Shown piece after piece: positions 28,251 through 37,342 of a stretch of 64,000 nucleotides of DNA (positions are counted from its first letter, which is position 1; every line of letters starts with the position of its first letter). The position numbers were made by a program, and so were the translations under genes. The notes beneath the pieces were generated by a model. It had not been told where the DNA came from, did no database searches, and saw only the letters and a list, made by a program, of their open reading frames with translations. The DNA is from Vicinamibacteria bacterium (GTDB lineage: Bacteria > Acidobacteriota > Vicinamibacteria > Marinacidobacterales > Marinacidobacteraceae), in NCBI GenBank assembly GCA_963555995.3, contig OY821641.1, positions 2,336,001-2,400,000 on the forward strand. The letters are read 5' to 3'.

Positions 28251-30184
28251 AGCCGAAGTCCGACCCGCCGGAGCGGCCCGGACGGTTCCGCCGGCCGTCG
28301 CGGCTGGCGCTCCGCCTGACCGCGGCGAGCCTGCTCGTGGCGCTCGCAGCGCTCATTGCGGTGCTCGCCACCACCGCGCAGGTCGTGAGCGACAGCGCCG
28401 TCGAATCCACTTTCGCGGATCTCGACGGCGTGGCCGAGATCGCACTCGCGAATCCGCCCGCCGACACTTCCATCGAGAGCCTGCGGCAGTGGGCGGTGAC
28501 GTTCGCCTCCTTCGAGAACGATGCGGACGGGATCACCCCGACGCGGCGGGAACGACGGGTGACGCTGGTGGCGGCGGACGGGCGCGTCCTCGCGGACTCC
28601 CATGACGATCCGCGAACCATGGACAACCACCGCGACCGCCCCGAGATCGCCACCGCCTTCGCCGCCGGCTACGGGCGGTCGCAGCGCTTCAGCGACACCC
28701 GCGGCGAGGATCTCACCTACGTGGCCGTCAGGCTGCCGTGGCGTGAGGACGCGGTGTTGCGGGTGTCCGAACCGGTCGTTCAGATCGAGGCGACGGTGGG
28801 AGCCATCCTGACTCCGGTGATCGTGGTGACGGTGCTCGCCTTCCTCGTGGCCGCCGCGTTGTCATTCGGGTTTTCCGCCCGCTTCGGCGAGCGGATTGCG
28901 CGGCTCGTCCGATTCTCGGAGCGGGTGGCCCGGGGGGATTTCACTCCGGAGACATCGCCCTTGCGGATGGACGAACTGGACCAGCTGCTCGCGTCGCTGA
29001 ACCGGACGGCGCTGGAGCTGCAACGCAGTTTCGAGTCCCTGACCGCCGAGAAGAACCAGGGCGCCACCATCCTCTCCAGCGTCGCCGAAGGCGTCGCAGT
29101 GGTCGACGAAGATTTGCGGATCCAGTACGTGAACGGCGCCTTCCGCGAGGTGCTTTCCCTTCCGGGCGAGTCCTGGCGCGACTATCGGGGGCGGCACGTC
29201 CAAAACGTCCTGGAAAAAAAGCGCCTCCTCAAGATGGTGCGGGCGGCGATGCGAGGGACGTCCGATGAACGGGAAATCTCCCTCAATGACCGAGAGGTGC
29301 TGGTCCGCGCCGCCCCCATCCGTTCGATCGAGTCCGAACCACCGCCGGCCACGCCCCCTTCGGAGAACGGTTCTCGACAGCCCGAGCCGGCAGGCGCGGT
29401 CCTGGTCCTCATGGACGTGACCCAGCTCCATGCGCTGGAGCGGGTGCGGCGCGATTTCGTGGCCAACCTCTCCCACGAAATGAAGACGCCGTTGACCGCG
29501 ATCCGCGGTTTTTCGGAGACGCTGCTGGACGGCAACCTCGATGGTCCCCCGGAAGCGAGGCGGTTTCTCGGGATCATCCGCCAGCACGCCGTCCGGCTGT
29601 CCCACCTCACGGACGACCTGATGCGGCTCGCCCGGATCGAGGCCGGCAAGCTGGAGGCCGAGACGGTTCCGGTCCGGATCGAAACCGTCGTGGAGTCCGT
29701 CCTCGAGTCGGCGCGCCTGAAGGCAGGCGACCGCAACCTGGAGACCCGGGGACCGGACGATGCCCGGCCCGTCCGGACCGATCCCAGGCTGCTCACGGAA
29801 ATCCTCCAGAACCTGGTGGACAACGCCATCCAGTACTCCGCTTCCGACGGGCGGATCAAGGTCGCCACCAGGTTCAGCGACGCGGAGGTTGGCATCTCCG
29901 TCAGCGACAACGGGGTGGGCATCCGGAAGGCGCACCTCGGCCGCATCTTCGAACGGTTCTACCGGGTGGACCCGGCCCGGTCCCGGGCAGTCGGCGGAAC
30001 CGGACTCGGTCTGGCGATCGCGAAGCACATCGTGGAGGTCCTCGGGGGACGCATCGAGGTGGAGAGCTCCCCGAAGCAGGGGTCGAAGTTCACGGTGGTC
30101 CTTCCGGCAGCGCCGCTGGACGCCCCGCTCGCCGAAGTCAGCCTCTCCGAGGACGCGGTCTTCGACCACGCCTCCTCGCCGTAG
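28247..30184 (+). CDS. phoR: Sensor histidine kinase, PhoR-like (HAMP-PAS-HisKA-HATPase)
   Basis: MDNHRDRPE periplasmic motif, RRDFVANLSHEMKTPLT, NLVDNAIQY, FERFYRVD..RSR..GGTGLGL; TTG start overlaps the phoB stop. Confidence 0.82.
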   Translation: MKPKSDPPERPGRFRRPSRLALRLTAASLLVALAALIAVLATTAQVVSDSAVESTFADLDGVAEIALANPPADTSIESLRQWAVTFASFENDADGITPTRRERRVTLVAADGRVLADSHDDPRTMDNHRDRPEIATAFAAGYGRSQRFSDTRGEDLTYVAVRLPWREDAVLRVSEPVVQIEATVGAILTPVIVVTVLAFLVAAALSFGFSARFGERIARLVRFSERVARGDFTPETSPLRMDELDQLLASLNRTALELQRSFESLTAEKNQGATILSSVAEGVAVVDEDLRIQYVNGAFREVLSLPGESWRDYRGRHVQNVLEKKRLLKMVRAAMRGTSDEREISLNDREVLVRAAPIRSIESEPPPATPPSENGSRQPEPAGAVLVLMDVTQLHALERVRRDFVANLSHEMKTPLTAIRGFSETLLDGNLDGPPEARRFLGIIRQHAVRLSHLTDDLMRLARIEAGKLEAETVPVRIETVVESVLESARLKAGDRNLETRGPDDARPVRTDPRLLTEILQNLVDNAIQYSASDGRIKVATRFSDAEVGISVSDNGVGIRKAHLGRIFERFYRVDPARSRAVGGTGLGLAIAKHIVEVLGGRIEVESSPKQGSKFTVVLPAAPLDAPLAEVSLSEDAVFDHASSP

Positions 30185-32153
30185 GCGCCGTACCGCCACC
30201 GGGTTCCGCAGCCGGTCCGAACTCGAGGTCGCCGCGCAGCGGGTCCACCCGGACCAACTGGGCTTCGAGGGCGTCGCCGATCCGGAAACTCCGGCCGGTC
30301 GCCGGGCAGCGGAGCGAATAGTCCTGGCGGTGGAAACGGAAGCGGCCACCGGTGAGCAACGCCATCGGCACCGTCCCCCGGGCGGGGATCTCGTCGAGTT
30401 CGACGGCCAGACCGAAACGGCCGGTCTCGGAGACGCGGGCGGCGAAGGTGTCGCCAAGCCGGCCGGCGAGCAGCCGCGCGATGCGGCGTTCGACCAGGGT
30501 CCGTTCCGCCGACTCGGCGTTCCGCTCGGTCTCGGAGCACGCGGCGGCGAGCGCCGGGAGCGTCTCGGAATCCGGAGCGCGGGATGACCCGTTCCCGGCG
30601 GCGGCGAGCGCCCGGTGCACGACGAGATCCGGGTACCGCCGGATCGGGGAGGTGAAGTGCGTGTAGTCCGGAAGCGCCAGCGCGAAGTGTCCCCGCGCAC
30701 GAGGCGAATACACCGCCTTCTGCATCGCCCGGAGCAGCTTGCGGCGCAGGAAGGGCGCCTCGGGCCGGGTCTCGAGGCGGGCGAGCAGCCGGGCGCAGTG
30801 GACGGGACGGAGCGGTTCCGAAGGGACGCGCAGCCGTTCGCCGAAGCCGGCCAACAGGTCCTCGAAGGAGTCCACCCGGGTCTCGTCCGGGGCCTCGTGA
30901 ACCCGGTGGAGCGCCGGAGTGTCCGTGCCTCGCAGCCGTTCGGCGACGGCCTGGTTCGCGAGCAGCATGAAGTCCTCGACCAACCGGTGGGCGTCGTTTC
31001 TTTGGCCGTAGCGGGCGTCGAGCAGGTTCCCCGCGGCATCGGCGGTAACCACCGGCTCGGGCAGATCGAGGTCCACGGCTCCCCGTTCGGCGCGCGCCCG
31101 GGCGAGGAGCGCGGCGGCCCGCCCCATGGTCCGGAGCGCCGTACCCAACGGGCCGGAGCCGGCACCGGTGAGGAAACGCGCTCCATCCTCATAGGACAGC
31201 CGGGCGGCGCTCCGGATCACGCCGCGGAAGAAGCGGGCTTCCCGCAGCCGTCCGTCCGGGCCGATTCGCACGCGTACCGACCGGACCAGCCGGTCCACGT
31301 CCGGGAAAAGCGAGCAGATGCCCGAGGACAGCGCTTCGGGCAACATCGGTACGGCGCGCTCGGGGAAGTAGGCCGAGGTTCCCCGCAGAGCGGCCTCCTC
31401 GTCGATGGGGCTGCCGGGTACGACGTAGTGGCTGACGTCGGCGATGTGCACGCCGATCTCGAAGCCGCCGTCCGGTAGCGCGGTCGCCTCGATCGCGTCG
31501 TCGTGATCGCGGGCGTCTTCGGGATCCATGGTCAGAATCAGCCGGCCGCGGCAATCCTCGCGGTCCCCGATCTCGCTCGCGGCGACCGCGGCGGGGGCGG
31601 CCTCCGCCTGCGCCAGCGCTGCCGGTGGGAACTCGTCCCGAATCCCGTACTTCGCGAGGACGGCAAGCAGTTCCGCCCGCGGCTCGTCGGCGGCGCCGAA
31701 GACCGACGCGACCTCTCCGATGACCGGCCTCCCCGGGGCGGGGAAACGCCGGATGCGCACTTCGACGAGATCTCCGGGCTGCGCTCCGCCTGCGGGAAGC
31801 AGGATCTCGCGTGCCCACTGCCGGTCCCAGACGGCGACGGTCCGTTCCGGCGTCACCAGCCCGACGACCGTGGAGGCGTCTCGTTCGACGACCCGGACGA
31901 CAGTCCCTTCGAGCCGTCCGCGCCGGGTGCGGAAGGACGGCTCGACCTCCACGAGATCGCCCGGGAGCGCCCCGCCCACCCGGCCGCGGGTGATGTGGAG
32001 GTCCTCCGCGCCGCCCGACCCCTCCGGGACCACCCACCCGTCACCCGCCGGGCGGCCCTCGAAGCGTCCCCTGATGACGCGAGGCGAAGGGCGCGCTTCG
32101 GAGCGATCGCGCGGGGAGTGCCGGCCTCTTTCGCGTCGGCGGATCCTGCCCAC
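30138..32153 (-). CDS. rnr: Ribonuclease R (VacB/RNase II family)
   Basis: DPEDARDHDDA, HIADVSHYV, FMLLAN, YTHFTSPIRRYPD, C-terminal S1 domain. Confidence 0.9.
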   Translation of the reverse strand: MGRIRRRERGRHSPRDRSEARPSPRVIRGRFEGRPAGDGWVVPEGSGGAEDLHITRGRVGGALPGDLVEVEPSFRTRRGRLEGTVVRVVERDASTVVGLVTPERTVAVWDRQWAREILLPAGGAQPGDLVEVRIRRFPAPGRPVIGEVASVFGAADEPRAELLAVLAKYGIRDEFPPAALAQAEAAPAAVAASEIGDREDCRGRLILTMDPEDARDHDDAIEATALPDGGFEIGVHIADVSHYVVPGSPIDEEAALRGTSAYFPERAVPMLPEALSSGICSLFPDVDRLVRSVRVRIGPDGRLREARFFRGVIRSAARLSYEDGARFLTGAGSGPLGTALRTMGRAAALLARARAERGAVDLDLPEPVVTADAAGNLLDARYGQRNDAHRLVEDFMLLANQAVAERLRGTDTPALHRVHEAPDETRVDSFEDLLAGFGERLRVPSEPLRPVHCARLLARLETRPEAPFLRRKLLRAMQKAVYSPRARGHFALALPDYTHFTSPIRRYPDLVVHRALAAAGNGSSRAPDSETLPALAAACSETERNAESAERTLVERRIARLLAGRLGDTFAARVSETGRFGLAVELDEIPARGTVPMALLTGGRFRFHRQDYSLRCPATGRSFRIGDALEAQLVRVDPLRGDLEFGPAAEPGGGTAPTARRRGRRPRPRRG

Positions 32154-32180
32154 GGACTGTTAGAATCGCCCGCTCCGCGG

Positions 32181-32264
32181 GCCGAAGTGGCGGAACGGCA
32201 GACGCGCTGCGTTCAGGGCGCAGTACTCCTTGCGAGTGTCAGGGTTCAAATCCCTGCTTCGGCA
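32181..32264 (+). tRNA. tRNA-Leu(CAG), CCA not encoded
   Basis: Acceptor GCCGAAG/CTTCGGC, D-arm GTGGCGGAACGGCAGACGC, anticodon arm CTGCG-TTCAGGG-CGCAG, long variable arm, GGTTCAAATCC; TAGAAT at 32161. Confidence 0.93.
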
Positions 32265-32270
32265 CCGCGC

Positions 32271-32683
32271 GCTGGTCGGGCTGGGGGTGGGGCGCAAAGG
32301 CGGTTTCACGAGCCGAGTTCAGGCAATGGGTAGGGGGAGCGCCCCACCCCCAGCCCGACCGGCACTTCGTGCCTCGAATCGGAACTCGCCGCATCGGGTT
32401 TGTACACGGCTGAACCATAAGCCGATCCGAAGCGGCGGGCGAGTTTCGATTCGCGCTGTCTTTTTTGTGAAAGGGGGGGCGCGCCCCCCCTTTCACACTT
32501 TCCCCCCGGATGGCGCGTACGGCCTGGAACGCCGGTCTCCAGACCGGCACCGCGGCGGTCCCCGCCGCGCACGGCGCAACCCCAACCACCCGCACGGCAA
32601 CCGCCGCCCCCACCCCGGCCGAACCGCGTTTCCTTGAGCACCCGGATCGCGCACCAGATTGGAACGCCGACTTCAGCCGGCAC
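32271..32683. repeat. Array of inverted repeats and REP-like hairpins downstream of tRNA-Leu
   Basis: 25-bp IR at 32271-32295/32339-32363; IR GAATCGGAACTCGCC/GGCGAGTTTCGATTC; palindrome GTGAAAGGGGGGGCGCGCCCCCCCTTTCAC; REP copies at 32526 and 32661. Confidence 0.65.
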
Positions 32684-32741
32684 CCCCCCCGCCACCGGCG
32701 GGCGGACCGCGGGGCGCCACCGCGCGAAGTGGCGTCCACCG

Positions 32742-33230
32742 CTAAGAAAACACGTAGAGGAGCGTGCCGCCCGGGACACCCTCCAACAACAACACGATCC
32801 GTCCGGATCCATCCCCGTAAGCCCGGCGGTAACGGTCACGGAGAAGGCTCAGGTCAAACTCGTAGTCCTGGGTCAGCCACGCCTCGCAGGAGTCACCGTT
32901 CGCTTCGTGCGCGAGAGACAGCGGGAGCTGCACGGGATCCGATTCCAGAAACGACTCCGAAGCGACGAGGGTGAACTCGTGGCGCGCGCAGCCCCCGGCA
33001 TACGACAGGTTGAGGCTCAGGGTGTCGCCGGCAATCGCCGCGTCATTCAGAACGAAGGGGTCCCGGCCAAGGAGATGCGGCGCCTCCGAAACGACCACGG
33101 CGCCGGCACGGGGTCCCGCCGGGGGAACGTCATCCACCGAGACCGCGATGCGGGTGTCCAGCCCGCCCTCACCGCAGGCCGCGAGGGCCGCGGCTCCCAG
33201 AAACCACAGCCGCCAGCGCAACGAATTCAC
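32742..33230 (-). CDS. Hypothetical lipoprotein
   Basis: Lipobox LAAC; C-terminal SYAGGC..HEF.L...ES.PVQ....L.H....D.CEA....FDL domain (NigD-C-like, tentative). Confidence 0.7.
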   Translation of the reverse strand: MNSLRWRLWFLGAAALAACGEGGLDTRIAVSVDDVPPAGPRAGAVVVSEAPHLLGRDPFVLNDAAIAGDTLSLNLSYAGGCARHEFTLVASESFLESDPVQLPLSLAHEANGDSCEAWLTQDYEFDLSLLRDRYRRAYGDGSGRIVLLLEGVPGGTLLYVFS

Positions 33231-33276
33231 CGGGCCGATCCTCCGCAACGGCAAGGTCGAGTTGGCGGGAAGCCGC

Positions 33277-34854
33277 TCAGTTCTCCGGCTTCTCCTCGCT
33301 CCGCACCGTCGGGTACTCGATCCCGAGCTGCTCCAGATACGTGTCGTAGGTGTCCGGGTCGTAGTAGAACGGCCGCATCGCCTCCCGGAAGGCGCCCATC
33401 CGCTCCTCGTTGAGGTGGATCGCGGGGGGGTCGTCGGGGCCGACCAGCGGCGTGTACTGGTGCTCGGCGGTCTGCTCGGCGAAGTAGTCCCGGGCGGCCG
33501 GGATCAGTTCCGGATCCAGCAGCAGGTCCATGAGCGTCATGGCGATCACCCGGGCCCCGGCCACCGCTCCCTTGTGCGCGATGGGGGTCGCCATCGCGAC
33601 CCCGTTCGCCCAGTGGTGGCCCGGACCGCCCGGAATGTTGGACGGGAAGCGCAGGGTCACGGTGGGCACGGCCCACGAGATGTCCCCGATGTCATCGGAG
33701 CCGCCGCCGAGCCGCGGCGGCTGCACCGGGCCGCCCATCTCGCCCAGTTCGGTCGCGAGGCCCCGCACTTCGACCCCGAGCTCGCGCTGGAGCCCCCGGG
33801 CGAGCGCCAGATCGGCTTCGCTCCACTCGGGAAGCCCGACCCTCTCGATATTGGCCCACACCGCCTCCGCCACCGGTTTGTTGAAGTGGCGAGGGTAGGC
33901 GTGTCCCAGGATGCGCCACGACACCTCGGTGGAGGTCATGGCGGCGGCGGCCTGCGCCATGGTGTTCCCCAGTTCGTAGAGCTCCCTCATTCCCGGCTGT
34001 TCGAGTTCCCGGAAGTAGTACCAGACGGACGCCAACTGGGGCACCACGTTCGGCTGGTCGCCCCCGTTCGTGATCACGTAGTGCGAACGGTGGGGAAGCC
34101 GCAGGTGCTCACGCTTGACGTTCCACGCCATGTTCATGATCTCCACGGCGTCGAGCGCGCTCCGCCCCCGCCACGGCGCGCCCGCCGAGTGCGCCGACTC
34201 GCCCGTGAAGGTGTATTCCACCGACACCAGGCCGTTGCCCCTGCCCTGGCCCCAGCTCACCCCGAACTGGTTGGAGACGTGGGTGAAGATGCAGACGTCC
34301 ACGTCCTCGAAGTAGCCGTCGCGGATGAACCAGGCCTTCGTGCCGACCACCTCCTCGGCCACCCCGGGCCAGATGACGATCGTTCCGGGAATCCCCTCGC
34401 GCTCCATGATCTCCTTCACGGCCAGCGCGCCGGCGATGATGACCGCCTGTCCCGAGTTGTGGCCCTCGCCGTGCCCCGGCGCCCCTTCCACCAGCGGGTC
34501 GTGATACGCGACGCCCGGCTTCTGCGACGCCTTCGGAATCCCGTCGAGGTCGCTGCCAAGCGCGATCACCGGTGATCCGGAACCCCACTTCGCCCACCAC
34601 GCCGTCGGGATGCCCGAGATCCCGTCCTCCACCTCGAACCCGTTCTCCCGCAGGACTTCGGTGAGATAGCGAGAGGTCTCGAACTCCTGGAATCCGAGTT
34701 CGCCGAAGCTGAAGATCGAGTCCACCATCACCTGGACCAGCTTGGCCCGCTCGGCCGCCCCCTGGTCGGCGACCGGACGGAGAGCCTCGAGGTCCTGGCC
34801 CGCCACCGGCGCGGCAAGGAAGAGGGCGAACAGGGCCGGAAACAGTCGGCGCAT
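33277..34854 (-). CDS. M20 amidohydrolase (AbgB-like) with signal peptide
   Basis: ELGFQEFETS, GHGEGHN, PGVAEE, AHSAGAPW.GRSALDA, GGSDDIGDISW. Confidence 0.87.
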   Translation of the reverse strand: MRRLFPALFALFLAAPVAGQDLEALRPVADQGAAERAKLVQVMVDSIFSFGELGFQEFETSRYLTEVLRENGFEVEDGISGIPTAWWAKWGSGSPVIALGSDLDGIPKASQKPGVAYHDPLVEGAPGHGEGHNSGQAVIIAGALAVKEIMEREGIPGTIVIWPGVAEEVVGTKAWFIRDGYFEDVDVCIFTHVSNQFGVSWGQGRGNGLVSVEYTFTGESAHSAGAPWRGRSALDAVEIMNMAWNVKREHLRLPHRSHYVITNGGDQPNVVPQLASVWYYFRELEQPGMRELYELGNTMAQAAAAMTSTEVSWRILGHAYPRHFNKPVAEAVWANIERVGLPEWSEADLALARGLQRELGVEVRGLATELGEMGGPVQPPRLGGGSDDIGDISWAVPTVTLRFPSNIPGGPGHHWANGVAMATPIAHKGAVAGARVIAMTLMDLLLDPELIPAARDYFAEQTAEHQYTPLVGPDDPPAIHLNEERMGAFREAMRPFYYDPDTYDTYLEQLGIEYPTVRSEEKPEN

Positions 34855-34986
34855 CACGGGAAACCTCACTCCGGCGGCGCCGCCCATCCCGGCCCGCCGG
34901 GCAGCGATTCTACCGGCGGGACAGTAGCCGGAAACCGGCGTCGCCACACTGCTAAGCTCCCGCCGCCAGGAGGCTACGGCGCCGCT

Positions 34987-35071
34987 GCGAAAGTGGCGGA
35001 ACTGGCAGACGCGCTGGATTTAGGATCCAGTGGGGTAACCCGTGGGGGTTCGAGTCCCCCCTTTCGCACCA
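34987..35071 (+). tRNA. tRNA-Leu(TAG)
   Basis: Acceptor GCGAAAG/CTTTCGC plus ACCA, anticodon arm CTGGA-TTTAGGA-TCCAG, GGTTCGAGTCC; in the usual position upstream of tig. Confidence 0.95.
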
Positions 35072-35110
35072 GCGCGCCCCTCCCCACCACCGTGCCTGAG
35101 TAGCGAGTTC

Positions 35111-36508
35111 GTGGACAACAGCACCCCTTCGGAACCCGAGAGCGAACGCGCCGACCTGCTCCCGGTCATCCCGTCTCCCCGGCCGCCGTTCCCAGAGAAG
35201 GACCGCATTCCGGACCTCGCTTTCCGGCTGGAAGAGGAAGGCCAGTCCCGGCGGGCGATCGAAGTGACGATTCCGGCGCCGGTATTCGAGGAGGCGGTCC
35301 AGCAGGAACTGCGGCGCATCCGCCGGAAGGCCCACCTGCGCGGGTTCCGGAAGGGCAAGGCCCCCAGGGAGCGGATCGAACTCCTCTACGGGAGCGAGGC
35401 CGCCGAGGAGGCCATGAGCCGTCTGCTCGGGCGGGCGACCCGACAGAGTCTCCACGAACTCGATGTCCATCCGCTCGACGTGCCGAAGGCGACGCCCGAG
35501 GAGCCGACCCGCGGCAAGCCGCTCGTCGCGAAACTCCGCTTCAGCGTGTGGCCGGAGGTGGGCACGGTCGACTTCGAGGGGATCAAGGTCACCACCCGGG
35601 ATGTCTCGGTGACGGAGTCCGATATCGGCGAAACGCTGGAGCAACTGCGCATGGAGAAGGCCCGGCCGGGGCAGATCGAGGGACGCGGCATCCAGGACGG
35701 CGATTTCGTGGTCGGCGACCTTCAGGAATCGAGCGCCATCGAGCTGGCCGGGGGGCCGGCTCCGCAGGTAACCAAAAACGTGCCGCTGAAGGTGGGAAGC
35801 GACGCCTATCACCCCGCGCTCCACGAGGCGATCCAGGGCGCCGGCGAAGGGGACACCGTGGTCGCGACCGCCAGTTTCGGCGAGGAGTCTCCGGACCCGC
35901 AGCGCGCCGGACGGGCGATCCGGGCCGCCTTCACGATCAGGCAGGCCCGAACGCCGGTGCTGCCCGCCCTCGACGACGCCTTTGCGCGGGATCTGGGCGC
36001 GGACTCGCTCCTTGCCCTGCGCGGCGACATCCGGGACCGGCTGCGCCGGCGGGCCGACCAGAACGAACGCCGCGCGGTCGCGGAACAGCTCGTGGACGCG
36101 CTCCGCGAGAAGAACCCGGTGGAACCCCCCGAACCGCTCGTCGAGCGCGATCTCGACAACCGCGTGCGGATACTCGCGAACAGCATGATGCAGGGCGGGA
36201 TGCCCGCCGAGCAGGTGCGCTCCGAACTCGAAAAGCACCTCGACACGCTCCGCGCCGAGTGCGAGAAGACGGTGGCGTCCACGATCCTGGTGGACGCGCT
36301 GGCCGACCAGCAGGGCATCGAGACGACCGAGGAGGCCGTCGAAGCGCGGCTCGAAGCGGAAGCCTCAGCCGCCGGCAAGTCCCAGGCGGCGCTCCGGGCC
36401 GCCATGGAAAAGGACGGCCGCCTCGAACGGGTCCGCACCCAACTCCGCCGCGACGCGGCGATTGATTTCCTGCGGGACCGCGCGGAACTCACGCCCGCCC
36501 GGGACTGA
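35111..36508 (+). CDS. tig: Trigger factor
   Basis: GFRKGKAP ribosome-binding motif, LPALDDAFA; sits between tRNA-Leu and clpP. Start approximate. Confidence 0.88.
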   Translation: MDNSTPSEPESERADLLPVIPSPRPPFPEKDRIPDLAFRLEEEGQSRRAIEVTIPAPVFEEAVQQELRRIRRKAHLRGFRKGKAPRERIELLYGSEAAEEAMSRLLGRATRQSLHELDVHPLDVPKATPEEPTRGKPLVAKLRFSVWPEVGTVDFEGIKVTTRDVSVTESDIGETLEQLRMEKARPGQIEGRGIQDGDFVVGDLQESSAIELAGGPAPQVTKNVPLKVGSDAYHPALHEAIQGAGEGDTVVATASFGEESPDPQRAGRAIRAAFTIRQARTPVLPALDDAFARDLGADSLLALRGDIRDRLRRRADQNERRAVAEQLVDALREKNPVEPPEPLVERDLDNRVRILANSMMQGGMPAEQVRSELEKHLDTLRAECEKTVASTILVDALADQQGIETTEEAVEARLEAEASAAGKSQAALRAAMEKDGRLERVRTQLRRDAAIDFLRDRAELTPARD

Positions 36509-36594
36509 CCGCCGCCGTGACGGTTTCTGGCGGTGGGACCTCGTATGCTCACGCGAACCACCGAACCCCAGCGAAACCACGAGGAACGAACACC

Positions 36595-37188
36595 GTGATT
36601 CGAGACCAGATCCTGATCCCGCACGTCATCGAGCAGACCGGACGCGGGGAACGCGCCTACGACATCTATTCCCGGCTGCTCAAGGACAACATCGTCTTCA
36701 TCGGGCAGCCGATCAGCGACGAACTCGCGAACACCGTGGTCGCCCAGCTCCTCTTCCTCGAGTCGGAAGACCCGGAGAAGGAGGTCTCCCTCTACATCAA
36801 CTGCCCGGGCGGCTCCGTGACGGCCGGGCTCGCAATCTACGACACGCTGCAGTTCATCCGGCCCGACGTGACCACCTACTGCCTCGGTCAGGCGTCCAGC
36901 ATGGGGGCGATCCTGCTCGCCGCCGGGGCGCGCGGGAAGCGGTTCGCGCTCCCGAACGCCACCGTCATGATCCACCAGCCGCTCGGCGGCGCCAGGGGCC
37001 AGGCGACCGACATCCAGATCCAGGCCAACGAGATCATGCGGGTCCGGGCGCGCCTCACCGAGATCCTCGCCCATCACACCGGGCGCCCGTCGAAGGAGAT
37101 CGGCCGCGACATCGAGCGGGACCACTACATGACCGCCGAGGAGGCCAAGGCGTACGGGGTGGTGGACTCCGTCATCGAGCACCGGTAA
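36595..37188 (+). CDS. clpP: ATP-dependent Clp protease proteolytic subunit
   Basis: [39 protein letters not shown]. Confidence 0.95.
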   Translation: MIRDQILIPHVIEQTGRGERAYDIYSRLLKDNIVFIGQPISDELANTVVAQLLFLESEDPEKEVSLYINCPGGSVTAGLAIYDTLQFIRPDVTTYCLGQASSMGAILLAAGARGKRFALPNATVMIHQPLGGARGQATDIQIQANEIMRVRARLTEILAHHTGRPSKEIGRDIERDHYMTAEEAKAYGVVDSVIEHR

Positions 37189-37342
37189 CGGCTCCCGCGG
37201 CGCCCCGGTCGGCGGCGCCTCGCGGCGCGTCGCCGAACGCGCCGAACGACCCGGTCTCGCTTGAATTCGGCCCCCAAAACGGGCAAACTATTGTGTCCTT
37301 CCGGGCGGTAGTTCGACGGTCGGATTCCCGGGTGGAAAACCA

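Noticed and set aside
32265-32741. Possible CRISPR array or integrase attR after tRNA-Leu
   Set aside because: Repeats are inverted and heterogeneous with no regular repeat-spacer period; no clear duplicated tRNA 3' end, integrase or cas gene.
37280-37340. GGGCAAAC upstream of the DUF1592 gene resembling a c-di-GMP-I riboswitch start
   Set aside because: Lacks the GAAA tetraloop stem and the downstream GACGCAAAGC core.
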